Source of the DNA: Okamejei kenojei
Lineage: Eukaryota
Assembly (NCBI GenBank): GCA_035221665.1
Contig: CM069163.1
Span: forward strand, 17,484,001-17,548,000
Length of the DNA stretch: 64,000 bases
Reading direction: 5' to 3'
The notes beneath the pieces were generated by a model. That model was not told the origin of the DNA. It worked only from the letters and a program-made list of their open reading frames with translations, and did not search any database. The position numbers were made by a program, and so were the translations under genes. The stretch's first letter is position 1; every line of letters begins with the position of its first letter. Below, piece by piece: positions 1-12,401 of the stretch.

Positions 1-1084
1 ATATGGTATTGAGTTATCAGAACAATGCCATTTACTGCAATAAGTCAGTAACAAATTTAGAAGCTGCTAGGGTTTAATCACCATGCAAATGCTCAAAAGG
101 TACTTTAATAATCTAGTGTGCTGTACTGTAATACACTGGGATAATGCACTGCCTATATAATATACATTAGGACAGGATATTCAACATTACAATGCATATG
201 GCATAACTTTAATTGGGACATTTTACTCCCTAATCCACCATGTTATAATATAGTGTGCACTGGGACTGGACACACAGCACAGTGTGTATAACACAGGAAC
301 AGAATACTCCATGATACAATGTTGTATCATCTAGTTGCACACCGAGGCATTGCACAGCAGGATTTCACACTAGGTGTGTAATGTTGAAACATTAACATTA
401 TATACAGTTCTGTAAAACGTGAATTATTTTATCGAATATCCCATTCTCTTGGGCATGAAATCTTAACATCCATGAAGTCAGAGGATAATAGATGCCCAGT
501 TTTTGATTCTGATTGCACCTTGATTCATATTGTGTAGTTATTTTATGCAAAATTGAAATCGACCTGCATCATTATTTTCACACTGTCTTGGAGAGTGAGA
601 GATTCAATGATATTGCTGCATGAGTGATACAGGAAGAATTATTGCTAAATTATTGCCAAAATATATAGCTTTGTGCACAAAGGATTGTTTATGATTTATC
701 CCTCTCTTTAACTTGTTTGTACTTAACTGATTGGTTGAATTTCAGATCAGTGTGATATTGACTGTGAGGAATTTAGGCAGCCATTTAGAGTAATAGTTTT
801 GAGAGAGTGGTCAGCACCTCTGGCTCACAAGATTGAGGCCTCAGTTCATTCCCTGAGCACATAATCTAGGGTGACGTCTCTGCACAGAATCTCAATGCTG
901 CTGTTTATTGAGGGTGCTACTATTTGAATAAGGAATCAGACCTTGCAGGAACATGTCCTTCACTACATTTATCCCTCAAAAGGAATGTTTTTTTTAGCAC
1001 GTGTTATATGCTGGAGCCCATAGTTCTATAAGAGACTGTAATTTCTCCTAAATCACAATAGCAAATGTTTCATGAGCTGTGAGG

Positions 1085-1545
1085 GGTCTTGTCCATACTC
1101 TATCTGAGCTGGTCCCATTTGCTGCTTTTAGCCCATATCCCTTTAAACCTTTCCTATCCATATATTTGCCCAAATGTTTTTTTAAATATTGTCATTATAC
1201 CTGCTTCAATTAGTTCCTCTGGCGCCTGTTCCATATATCCACCACATCCAAAATAGTTGCCCCTCAGGTTCCTATTAAGTCTTTCCTGCACACTCCGAGG
1301 AATTTATTCCTACCCTGCTCATCCCCTTCCCATAGTTCAGGCCCTCGGGTCCTGGCAACATCTTCGTAAATCTTCTCTGTAATCTTTCTAGCATAATGGC
1401 ATCTTTCCTATAACAATTGGCAATAGACAATAGGTGCAGGAGTAGGCCATTCGGCCCTTCGAGCCAGCACCGCCATTCAATGTGATCATGGTTGATCATC
1501 CCCAATCAGTACCCCGTTTGGTAACAGGGTGACCAAAATTGAGCC
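1085..1545 (-). mobile_element. CR1 3' fragment with a nested younger CR1 3' end (about 1420-1517)
   Basis: YRKDAIMLERLQRRFTKMLPG on the - strand, and a caatagacaataggtgcaggagtaggccattcgg tail. Confidence 0.8.
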
Positions 1546-3199
1546 CTTTTTATATGAATGTTTTTAATCATAGCAGGGAGGTGTGCAGCAGCATTTCCCT
1601 TCCCATGACCTTTTCCTTTGTGTATACAGATGTTTGACAGATTCACACAGGGGACACTGTCAGGGTTAATGAGAACTAGCTGGAGAAGCCCTAACCCTTA
1701 AGCGAGGTCCAACAAAAAAAAACGTTCAATTTACTTCAGCTTTCCATTTTTAACCTCAAAGCTCTAGATTAGAAGCAAACATAACATCATTCTTAAACGA
1801 CATCATTTCCTTCAAGCAGGGGTTCCACAGACAGATTGTTATTTTAAGATGTCACTGAGTCATGGGATTGGCCATTGAGCTGCACCAGACATCTCATTAC
1901 CAACACCACATGCTCTCTCAGAATGTGACCAGAAATACCTGAGAGCCTTTGAATTCTCATCGTCTCCCCAAAGGCTAGGCTAAACTCTGGGAATCTTTCA
2001 GTATTCGCTTCTCCCCCACAACCATAAGATGATCCACACAAGCTAATAATTGGATTCCCTGACTTTTACTTTAACATCAGAACTTAAAATGTGCTGAGGA
2101 TGTTACAGTTGCATGTTTTTCTCATGAAAGAAAACATTCAATTGATATTTCACACAAAGAAAACTAAAAATAAAGGGGAGAATGGGTGCGTTGCAGGGGT
2201 GGGTGGGTGGTTCAGTGGAGTTTCTGTAATTTATTTATGCACTCCGCGGGCTCGAGGTTTCAAGGAGAACGAATTTCCGCCAAAGTTCCTCATTCTGATT
2301 AATATCCCATGACTTCCAGCTGAAATATTTCCAGTTAAGAACGGACACAATATGAGAGAAAAAAACATAACTAAATTGCTTTCTGCAGTTGAATAACCAA
2401 CAGGGACCCACGGAATAGTGATCCCAGAGGATGTTGGTAGATTTTAAACAAAGTATTACCATCATCTGGTGCGAAGTGAAATCTTCCTCACAATGGTAAA
2501 GCCCTGAATTAATAGCATGGTGGCCCCAGCACATCACACAGGCAGCTTCATGAGAGAAGGCTGCAAAACATCAAAAGGCTATAAATAGCCCTTGGGTTGA
2601 GTTTTCACAGTTTCTGAAAGTAGAATTATGGAAAAAATATGCGGCATTTACCTCACCCCTCTTGCCCTCAGGGTTTCGTGCTTCTCTGGGTGAATGTTTC
2701 TGTTCTCTGCTGTCATGTTGTGAAAATGTGATGTCGGATTTGGATATTAATTGACATTTCTATTTCTTTACTGATCGATGCAGAGATGTGGGCTGGGGGA
2801 TGGGCATCGAGATGATTCTTATCAGTGCTGGGAGGGATAAGCCAGACGGGTCTGGGGAAGCTATTCAGCAAAGTATGTGTGCATGATGTTAGAAGGGCTG
2901 GGAGTGAGTTCTAAAGAAGGGTCTTTAGCCAGAAATGTCAATTCTGTTTCTTTCCATCAAGGCTGCCAGACCTGCTGAGTTTACCCATTGTTTTCTGTTT
3001 TAATTTGTGGGGCTAATCTGCTTGAAATGGTCTTGTTAGTCTAGTAATGGTCTTGTTATTCTCTAATACCTTGCAGCTTTTTTTCCCCCCATTAAAACTC
3101 AGTCTTATGATTTAACTGAAGATTATCACTTTGGGTAATAGTGTGAAAGAAATGGTATTAGATCATCTACCCTTTTGTACCTCTGTTCTAAACCTTCTG

Positions 3200-3500
3200 A
3201 AAACGGGCCCTTTGGTCCACCAAGTTCACACCGACCACGGATCACTTGTTCACACTACTTCTATGTTATCCCACTTTCTCATTCCATTCCTTGTACATGA
3301 AGGGCAATTTACAGAAGCTAATTAACTTACAAGCGTGCATTACTTCGGACGTGGGACGGAATCTGCAGTACCTGGAGGAAATCCATGCGGTTACACAGAG
3401 AACGTGCAAACTCCACACAGAGAGTTCCCATGGTCAGGATTGAACCTGGGTCTCTAACGTGGGATGCAGCATCACTGCCAACTGCACCACTGTGCTGAGC
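3200..3500 (-). mobile_element. V-SINE (HE1-like)
   Basis: Reverse of the V-domain gtgtggagtttgcacgttctc...ggatttcctccaggt. Confidence 0.75.
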
Positions 3501-3657
3501 TTCAAAAACCTTTTTCCTTAATCAGCCAGAGGCGATGCTGGTGCACTGATTTTCATCATCAGTGACTGTTTTTGCTGGGAATTGGTTCTGGAGACATGGG
3601 GAGTGATCCACATTTTTCATAATTTAAAGAACACTCCAGCTTTAACAAAGTGAATGA

Positions 3658-3900
3658 CTAAATAGCATTCCTACAGTGTTCTTGACCATTATCTATATTC
3701 CCCTGAAGTGCCCATGCACCCTCCTCACAATCTACACTGTTACCCAACTTTGTAATATCAACATTACGAAGTTTAACATTATACATATTTACCATGTCCA
3801 GATCATTGATATAGATTGTGAAAAGCTGGGCTCCCAAGTCCAAACCATGTGGACACAGACTCTAGAGCCTAAAATGACCTATTTATTTCCCCACTGTTTT
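3658..3900 (-). mobile_element. Old CR1 RT fragment
   Basis: LGAQLFTIYINDLD...DITKLG...LQGNID motif. Confidence 0.7.
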
Positions 3901-4094
3901 TGTTCATTACCCAAGGCTCAGTCCATGCCTTTCATTCCCCCAACTCCATGTACTCATTTTTTAATAATCTCTTCGCTATCAACTAAATATTAGAGTAATG
4001 TAGTTGGTTGGATTCATAATATGGTGAAGAAACAAAGGGTTTGATCTCTATAGCATTTGTTCCAGTTATGGGTTGTTCTAGGATATGTTAAGCC

Positions 4095-4345
4095 GATGAA
4101 GTACTTCAGAGGGATAGTGACTGCTGTCATACAAGTAACATAACAACAAATGTCTGCAATGTGATAATAACCAGCTGATCTGATTTTCTGAGATATTGGT
4201 TTAGTAAATATTACTCAGGACATCTGGCAAAAACTCGCCTGCTCTTTAAAGTAATGTGCATGTGATCATTTGTGTGCATATTAAGATCAATGAGGAACTT
4301 GCTTAGTGTCTCACTTGAAAGCCCAGCACTCTCTCAGAACAATTC
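4095..4345 (-). mobile_element. Ancient Deu-domain SINE (SacSINE1/AmnSINE1-like) remnant
   Basis: gcaatgtgataataaccag...aaatatt...caggacat...cctgctctt resembles the recalled Deu-domain consensus. Related pieces at about 810-940 and 53795-54400. Confidence 0.5.
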
Positions 4346-4498
4346 ACGGGCTGCATGGTGAGAGGGATAGATATTGACCACAATATTTGTACATTTGTAT
4401 AGTCTGGTGAAGGAAGAGGGTTGATGTGCTAAATAGCGATCTCTTGTTCTACGTGTAATAATATCTTAACTAAGTTCTTTTTGTTCCCTTTGTTTCAG

Positions 4499-5159
4499 AG
4501 TTCTTTAAGTTTAAGGGTTTCGGCAGTTTAACAAACATCCGACGATCTTTCAGCAGTTCTTCTGACGTTAAGAAGAAACAGTTGGGAGACAACCATCTAG
4601 ATTTCCAGATTTGTAGGGAGACTGTGCAGGGAACTTTGGATGATTTGGAAACTGTGCCCCGCAGCCCCAGCTATGTCCGATCAAGTGAAATGTACACCTA
4701 CATTGGCACAATGCCACGTCGGAACTCTAACAGGGCTGAGAAGCCAAACAAAAAGCCATGCGCAGCTGAAGGACAGACCAAAGGAAGGGGTAGACTTGGC
4801 CCTCTGCCACCCGTGCCAGATAGTGACCAAAACGAAACATCGGATAAGGAGCAATCGCTGGCTGAGGTGGCGCAGCCGGACAAGATCGGTGTTGCCCAGG
4901 AATGTCAGAGCACCAACCATGTAAAGCCAGAGTTCTTTGACTCTGAAGCACCGACGTCAGACTCAGCCCAGTCATCTCCTCATCGAAATAAGGATGATCA
5001 GAAGACACACGTTGAACCCCAACTTAAAGATAGCCAGAGCAAATCAAATGAACTTACAAATGGAGAAGTTCAGGCGTTTCCCGCTAACGATGGAGCTCAA
5101 CAGTGTAATCATACAGGATCAGAAATCACAGCTGACAAGAGTGAGCTGACAGATAACAG
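4499..5159 (+). CDS. SH2D3C: SH2D3C-like gene, internal coding exon 2 (long-isoform N-terminal region)
   Basis: Polypyrimidine tract plus tttcag acceptor (AG 4497-4498) and AG|gtagga donor. Open frame reads FFKFKGFGSLTNIRRSF...TVPRSPSYVRSSEMYTYIGTMPR, matching human SH2D3C as I recall it (FFKFKGFGSLSNLPRSF...TVPKSPPAYARSSDMYSHMGTMPR). Starts phase 1, ends phase 2. Confidence 0.9.
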
Positions 5160-5589
5160 GTAGGATCATCTATGGTCTTTCTTGTGCTCAGGTCATAGTC
5201 TGGGATATGAAAACACTTACATTGTACTTCAAAACTTTGAAATGTTTTTGGAAAAACTCTACAGTTGATAAATTTTCCTTTTATTTTATGTTTCACAATC
5301 AAGTTTAATAGAGGTTAAATTGAATCAACCTGGATTGGCAACCGATGAAAGGGAGAACTGTATAAAACTTGAGTAACATTACTCAACTTTAATTACAAAT
5401 AAATGTTGCATTTGATTAGCAAATTATTTCTTCCCTAATTTAGGTCTTTAATAAAAATCTTGTTTCAATTATTCAAGTTGGATATAATAAAAAAATAAGC
5501 CCCAGAAAGAATGATAGCCACTCAGTCTACCTAATCAGTGCTGTATGAATTCTGACAATCGCTTGATTACAAAACGATTGAAGATTCTG

Positions 5590-7022
5590 GATTATAGAAC
5601 AAAAAAACAGAACACTGGAAGAACTCGGCAGATCAAGTGGCATTTGTGGAAGTGAAAAATGCAAGTTAACATTCTTGGTTAATACCCTACACTTGGGCAT
5701 GAGAGGGTAGAAGAAAGCTTGCCAGTTTGTGGCAGTATAATAGTGAAGGACTGAGATGGGTTAGAGGCTGGTTGGCGATAAGGGGGACCAGAGAGCGAGG
5801 GAATAATTTTCAGATGAAAACCAGGTGGAGAGGGAATGGACAAGGTGAACAAAGGGAGTAAAAAATACTAGATTGACATCTGTGTATGTGTAGAGAAATA
5901 CTAGGGGAGTGGGTTAGCTAAAATGGAAAAATTCAATGTTCATGACTTGTTTATAAGCTGCATAAGTGGAATTGAGATGTTGTTCTTTCAATTAGCGTTT
6001 GGCCTTTCCTTAGCAATGGAGATGTCCAAGGAGAGATTGGTCAAAGTGGGAAGCAGAGTTGAAATAACATGCAATCGGAACTTGAGATGGCTTTTGCAGT
6101 CATAATGCAGGGGGCTTCCCAAAATGGTTGCCTAGTTTATGCTTGGTTTCATCTGTACCTCTTTAGACCAGTGTACATGATGTGGCTTCCTTTACATTGG
6201 TGAAACCAAGTATATGCTAGGCAGTCATTTTGCAAAGCACGTGCACTCTGCCTGTAATAGTCATCCTGAGCTTCATACTGTATGTCACTTTAGCTTTCCC
6301 TTTCACCTCGACATTGTCCTTTGTCCTTTCACCTCGACATTGGCGTGTCTGTCCTCAGCCCTCTCTATTGCTACGGAGAAACCAAATGCAAATTGGAAGA
6401 ACTGTATCTCCTATTCCATTTGGGTAGTTTACGTTAAATTTGTCAATCTCACCCCTTGTGTTCTCTCCCACACACATTTGTCTATCCACTGAGTTTCATC
6501 TTTCTTTGTCCATCATTCCCATTCCCCCACCTACTTGGTTCCACCTACCCATCGTCTCTCCTCATCTAGTTTCACCTATCACCTACCAGTCTCTGCGCTA
6601 CCCTCCCACTCCTTCCACTGGCTTTATCTGTCCATCATCCATTCCCCATCTTGTTCTATCCATTGCCTACCAACCTCTATCCCACCCCTCTCCCTTGTTG
6701 AAGGGAGAACCTGTGGAACAATCCAGGATGACTTTTGTAGAAAAAAAAGGAATTCACGTTGGACTCATTCAGGTTATCAGGGCCCTTCTAAGACCATCAT
6801 CATATTCAAAGCGGCCACTAATTCCAACATTTAACCAGTTAAAATGACTCAAAAAGTCAATAGCTCTCTGATAGAGGGTTTTGACTTGAAACGTCAACTG
6901 TTCAACCCACCACCCCCCCACCATCACACCTCTTATGCAGTCGATGCCGATTGACCCGCTGAGTTCTTGCAGTGCATTGTTTGTTGCACGTGATTCCAGC
7001 ATCTGCAGTCTCCTGTGTCTCC
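5590..7022. mobile_element. Old Penelope-like element with an inverted (fold-back) arrangement
   Basis: About 5590-6150 is an antisense 3' region. About 6160-6700 is sense, including GFLYIGETKYMLGSHFAKH (GIY-YIG). Sense tail at 6865-7022. Confidence 0.7.
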
Positions 7023-7341
7023 AATAGCTGCGTTTGTTGTGGAAACTCCTTTGTAGTTTAATTAAGCAATGCTGCTCCTGGAGGTTACAGGATGTGTCTG
7101 CAAATTGAGCCTTCTTCTCACCTTGCCTGTATTATTAACATGGAGCAGTATGATAGCAGACCCAATTCTTAGCAAAGTTCATATGCACTTGGCTTGACCC
7201 ATATTGATCAATTCTTGACAATAGCATATCATAGTTGTCATAATAATGGTCCTGGCAATTCAACTGCACACAATGTTTATAGAAATAGTTTGGCTGGTTA
7301 AAATGGCACTTGGCTATAAAACACAGACCAGCAAGTTACAA

Positions 7342-7518
7342 TGTTTAAGAAGGAACTGCAGATGCTGGAAAACCAAAGGTAGACAAAAATGCTGGAGAAA
7401 CTCAGCCGGTGAGGCAGCATCTATCAGTCTGAAGAAGGGTTTCGACCCGAAACTTTGCCTATTTCCTTTGCTCCATAGATGCTGCCTCACCCGCTGAGTT
7501 TCTCCAGCATTTTTGTTT
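7342..7518. mobile_element. Short fold-back PLE-derived element with hammerhead-like core
   Basis: Inverted arms, core CTGAAGAAGGGTTTCGACCCGAAAC at 7429, flanking direct repeat ACCAGCAAGTTACAA (7327-7341/7519-7533). Confidence 0.8.
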
Positions 7519-9169
7519 ACCAGCAAGTTACAAGTTCAGTTTCCTCTTTGGCATTAACTACCTCAACCAAAAGGAAAGCTCCAATTGAATTTGATGTTTT
7601 TGGGTTAGCAAGGGAAAATCGGAGGGAATTTCTATTTCTGAGACACAAATAAAATGCTCTGATGCAAAGTACATCAACAGTGATCATTGAACACTGGGAT
7701 CATGCCGAGATATCTCCTCGCCGTACCCTCCCATGCCACACAGTCTGTAGACCGCTGGGAATCGAAGCAGGTATTAGACCAAATGTGTAGGAAGGAACTG
7801 CAGATGCAGGTTTAAACCGAAGATAGACACAAAAAGCTGGAATAGCTCAGCGGGACAGGCAGCATCTCTGGAGAGAAGGAATGGGTGATGTTTCGGAGGG
7901 TCACTTAGGCCCTCAAACCGTCATTGCAACAGGTTATAGGTCATTTGTTTGTTGACTTCATCCACTCCCTTTGTTTTTTTAACATTTAATACCCCTGCCC
8001 AATGAAAAGATATTGGTCTCAGTTTTGACATTTTCATTTGACCCTAAACTCATTTTGGAGAGAGCCCCTGATTGTCGCCACCAACGAGGTCTTGGTGAGG
8101 TACCTGGAACCACCCAGGAACCTGAAACTGCACCCCAGTGAACAATTCAAGTCTTTTAGAATTGGGGAGGGAGAGAGGAGCAGAAACTGACAGGGGCAAT
8201 GATGGAATGTGCATTTGTTGCATAGGTCATTGCAAACCATAATCCTTTTAGACACGTGGAATTGCTCATCCTTCCTTTAATAAAATGAAACTGCTGATTA
8301 TGGGGAACCCAATTGTATGAATAAAATTGCTCTGGGGTCATTTTCTACTGCTGTGCTGTTGATGGAGAAACCCTGGTCCCCGAAAGGACCATTGCATAAG
8401 GACACCTCCGTGACTATCTGAGACTAGCTTAGAAGGGGCATCTTTGTTAGCATGGATGAGTTGGGCTGAATTTGTGCTGTAATATTATAACCTGGTTACA
8501 ACAGCTAGAATAAAAGAACAAATAGATCAGACAAGCCCAAAGATATAATGGTCAAGCTTAGATGGCCTAAACCAACCATGGTCCAGTCACATTGGTGTCA
8601 GTTAACTACTTCCAGATCAATTCAGGTCAATCAAGAGTTACTCTGGTCTTTTCGTATCTATGTGGGTGAACCCATACTAATCTTACTACACTCATATACT
8701 CCTTGTAGGATATAATTCTGGAATTCTGGTGATCTACCCATTATTGGTCAACGCGGATGTACCCTGGACAGATCTCCTTCCATGCTTTATCCTCTTGGAT
8801 TCTGGACCAATTCTATGAGAATCAGTAACCATTCAGAAACTCATCCAAATGGCCTTGCCTCAGTTGGGCTGGAATATTAATGGAAATGTGGGTTATGAGT
8901 TCTCAATAAAGATTTGGCAGGTTCTGCTTACATTATGGAATGGGTGAAGATTTTCCCAAGGCCCAATAACCTGCTCTCTTTATATCTTTCCAATCCTGGT
9001 CCCTTACCATTTGTGGTGATGCATTAATTTACCTGGCGCCCACACTCTGAAATTCCTGCCCCACATTCCTGCTTCTCTCCTTTAAAATGTAGTTCTTTAA
9101 CCAAACTCCTCCTCGAGTCATTACTGGGTCATTCAGTTTTTCTCTAAGTATCTGTTAAGCATTCTCTAA

Positions 9170-9377
9170 AGGGCCTGTCCCACTTGGGCGTCATTTGCCC
9201 GTCACGCAGATGGCGTGCAAAGATTTTGTACATCCCAAAATCCTGGGGCGGGCGTCACTGCCTACGCCGCCACGCACCACGCGCGTATAATGCGCACCAT
9301 GCGCGCATCACGTGCGCGTCATGATGCGCGCGCCGTGCGTCGTGACGCGCAAATGACGCGCAAGTGGGACAGGCCAT
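9170..9377. mobile_element. PIF/Harbinger-type MITE, copy 1
   Basis: TIR AGGGCCTGTCCCACTTGGGCGTCATTTG / CAAATGACGCGCAAGTGGGACAGGCCAT, TAA TSD on both sides, CpG-rich interior. Confidence 0.8.
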
Positions 9378-10149
9378 TAAGGATCTGTTAAGTGTCCGTT
9401 AAGTATCTTAGAATTTAAAAAAAATCTAGATTGAAGAAACTGCACTAATGTCACCTGCAGCTGCTGGTGTTTGACTTTGCAGCAAGAATTGCAGCTAAAT
9501 CTTGACAGGCTGCTTGACTGGGGAAGGTGTCATGGTCAAGCTAGCACCTGCAGCAAAATGGCCAGTCTGCATGTAGTTGTCAGAAATCAATATAAAGTGG
9601 AAGTAAACCAACAAGAAAAAGCTATTGACATTGAACTAAACTTGTGGGGGGGTATATCTAACAGCCTTTCAACTCAAGGCTGCTTCCTGTTTTCCCAATT
9701 GGAGATACTTTTCTTCACTAGAAACTGAAATTTTAAATTGAATTTTGCTCTCAGATAAGTTATACTGAATTAATGAATTAAACTCATTAAAGTGATGTAA
9801 GTTGTACTGAAAAATGTTGGTCATTGGCCAACTAAAGTGATTAGTAAATCTGGCAGATATTAAACAAGAAACTAAACACAAATAGTCTTGAACTGGAATA
9901 AGGGAGCTTGAATAGTTTAATTATCCAGTACAAGTGGAACATAGAGTAAAAGTGGATAATGCGTGAGAAAGCGGCTGGAGATGATGAGATTTTTTTCCAC
10001 AAGACAGAATGTTCATTCATATGTGGGGAGACGAGGTTTTACTACAATCCTATAATCCCATTCACAAGGTCAAACTTCTGAATGTTATACCTCATCAGTA
10101 ATTTTATCAAATACTTTAAAGAAAATTCAGCGGCCAGGCAAAAAATGGG

Positions 10150-10372
10150 ATTAAATCCCTGCCCCCTCACTTGGCTGGATTGGTACATTCCGTAAGTAGT
10201 TCTTTCCTCTCTCTACCCGCTTGTGAGAGGTCTGTTGAGATTGGATTAGTCTCTCTGTGAGACTGTCAGTCAAGCCTTTACAGTGGGTGCTGAGTACCTT
10301 AATTGTTGCTCAGCGGAGCAAGACAAGAGCCACTCACTCCTGTTTGGAGGCATAATAAGTTAGTGAGGACAG
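10150..10372 (+). promoter_or_regulatory. Candidate internal promoter/5'UTR for exon A
   Basis: Repeat-free sequence with CCCTGCCCCC (GC-box-like) and inverted CCAAT boxes (ATTGG 10179-10183, 10240-10244) ahead of the ATG. Confidence 0.3.
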
Positions 10373-10413
10373 ATGACAGAACTAGCCGGCGGAGGCTGGA
10401 CCATGGGTCTGAG
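10373..10413 (+). CDS. SH2D3C: Putative alternative first coding exon A of SH2D3C (MTELAGGGWTMGL + AG)
   Basis: In-frame TGA upstream (10364-10366), ATG at 10373, donor GAG|gtaggt in phase 2, the same phase as exon 2, so it joins exon 3 in frame. Analogous to a short mammalian alternative N-terminus (recalled, with weak similarity). Confidence 0.55.
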
Positions 10414-12138
10414 GTAGGTTGGATATGCTTTTGTCTATTTTTTCCCCCTCTCCCCTATGAGCTTCTTGGCTTTGTGAAGTTAACCTAATCCAGCTGTTGC
10501 TTTGAATAAAATTGCATTTTCAGTCTGGGGTGGAATTTAGGATTCACTGTTTAACTGGCTTTCAGCTTAAGTTTTCTTCACTTCCCTCTTTGTTTCTGAA
10601 ACAACTTTCGTTCTCACTGGAAGGATTTGGTGCGTCTGTAGCGATTCCATCACTGTTGCAGATTGAGCATGCCGCTGTTTTTAAGTATAACAACTGCCAA
10701 AGTTTGTTTAACTAGCCATAAGTTGAAAGTTCCTTGTGTCTGCTGCTGTGAGAAAGCTTCTGGGTGCCCAATTAAATAATAGTCAGGTTGGATGAAGGCT
10801 GTCAAAAAGTGAGAGTCCGTAATCTGTTAGAAGAGGCCCGGAGCAATAATTAGAGGTGGACTGAGAATGTCAAAGATAGCTACAATTGTGACACATTGGG
10901 TCAGTGCATAAAATGCACGACAGTATTAAAGAGACAGGCACGCAAGAGCAGACAGTAAGACATCTACATGGAAATGATCAGAGAATGCAGAAAGACACTT
11001 AAGAGAGAGAGGAAATGAATGCAAGTTAGGAAAACATGCCAGGTAAGGATAAAAGAACAATTGAAAAGATAAGGAGGATGTAGAACACAGAGCATAGAAC
11101 AGTACTGCAAAAGAACAGGCCTTTCGGCCCACAAAGTCTGTGCCTAACATGATACCAAGACTAACTCTTATCTGCCAAGTAGATCAAATGAAAGGCATAG
11201 AGAGGAAAAGGGAACTAACTGGTTGCTGAATTTTCCCCTAATATGCTGTTTGCGTTTGTTAACTGTTGTCTCAGATCCCTGATCTCTGCACCAATTTTCG
11301 TAACTTCTCTGTATTAGGCCAACAATGTTCTGTTAACAGAATACATGAATGCACCTCAACTTTGTCATGTGGTCTTCCTTAGACTGAAGCAGAAGCTGTG
11401 TCGTGCAGCACTGAGCTCGGTTGATAAGATCTGATCCTGGTTTCTCCCTAGTCGGCTGATTTTAACTGTAACAGAATTAGCCTAATTATTCTGGACTCAT
11501 TGGGGATCTGATTCCTCAAAGTTTCTGACATCTGGAGATTCCTGCTGGATGAGGATGGGAGATGCCCAACTGAGATCCCTCCAAGGGTCAGTATTAGCTG
11601 GACCGATGACAAGGATGACCACCAAAGGCAGCAAAATTGTATCCAAGCAAATAGCCAGTACTTACAGAATAAAGTGATGGGATTGCGATAGAGAGGGCCG
11701 ATATTCTAGGGATTACAATTTCAGAAATGTCTTCAAATGATGCAGGAGAGAATGGTTTTTATCAAAGGTGAATAAGGAATATTATGCTAAAAATTGATTT
11801 TAACTGCAGTGTCTTCATCGACATGAAACAAAACCATTGGATTTGTGCAATGCCTTCAATGGAATAAAATATTGCAGAGCATTTCACAAGGAAGTCATCT
11901 GATAGAATTTGTCATTGGCCTCACAGAAAAATTGGGGAGAATGTTTAATTAAAGATTAAAGTTTTGAGGGACTATTTCAAAGAAACTGAGAAGTATGAAT
12001 GATAGAGGTGGTGCATAGGTCTATTCTGACCTTGGGCGGTGTCTGTGTGGTGTTTGCATGCTCCTCCTGTGATTGCCGCTCTTTTCCCCGGGTGATCTGG
12101 TTTCCTCCTACACCCTAAAGGCGGATGCTTGATAAATT

Positions 12139-12401
12139 AAAGGTAGACACAAAATGCTGCAGTAACTCAGCGGGGCAGGCAGGATCTCTGGAGAGAAGGA
12201 ATGGGTGAAGTTTCAGGTAGAGACCCTTCTTCAGACTGATGTCAGGGGAGTGGGCTCCTCTTGACACCAGTCTGAAGAAGAGTCCCGACCCAAAACGCCA
12301 CCCATTCCTTCTCTCCAGAGATGCTGCCTGTCCCGCTGAGTTACTCCAGCATTTTCTGTCTACCTTCGATTTAAAGCAGCATCTGCAGTTCTTTCCTACC
12401 C
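12139..12401. mobile_element. Short fold-back PLE-derived element inserted in a V-SINE
   Basis: Two opposed cores (about 12205-12236 on -, 12272 on +). TSD TGCTTGATAAATT (12126-12138/12402-12414). Confidence 0.8.

Noticed and set aside
4582-5163. 193-aa ORF as a standalone gene
   Set aside because: It starts at a TTG inside a spliced exon. The frame is open from 4499 and the stop lies in the intron.
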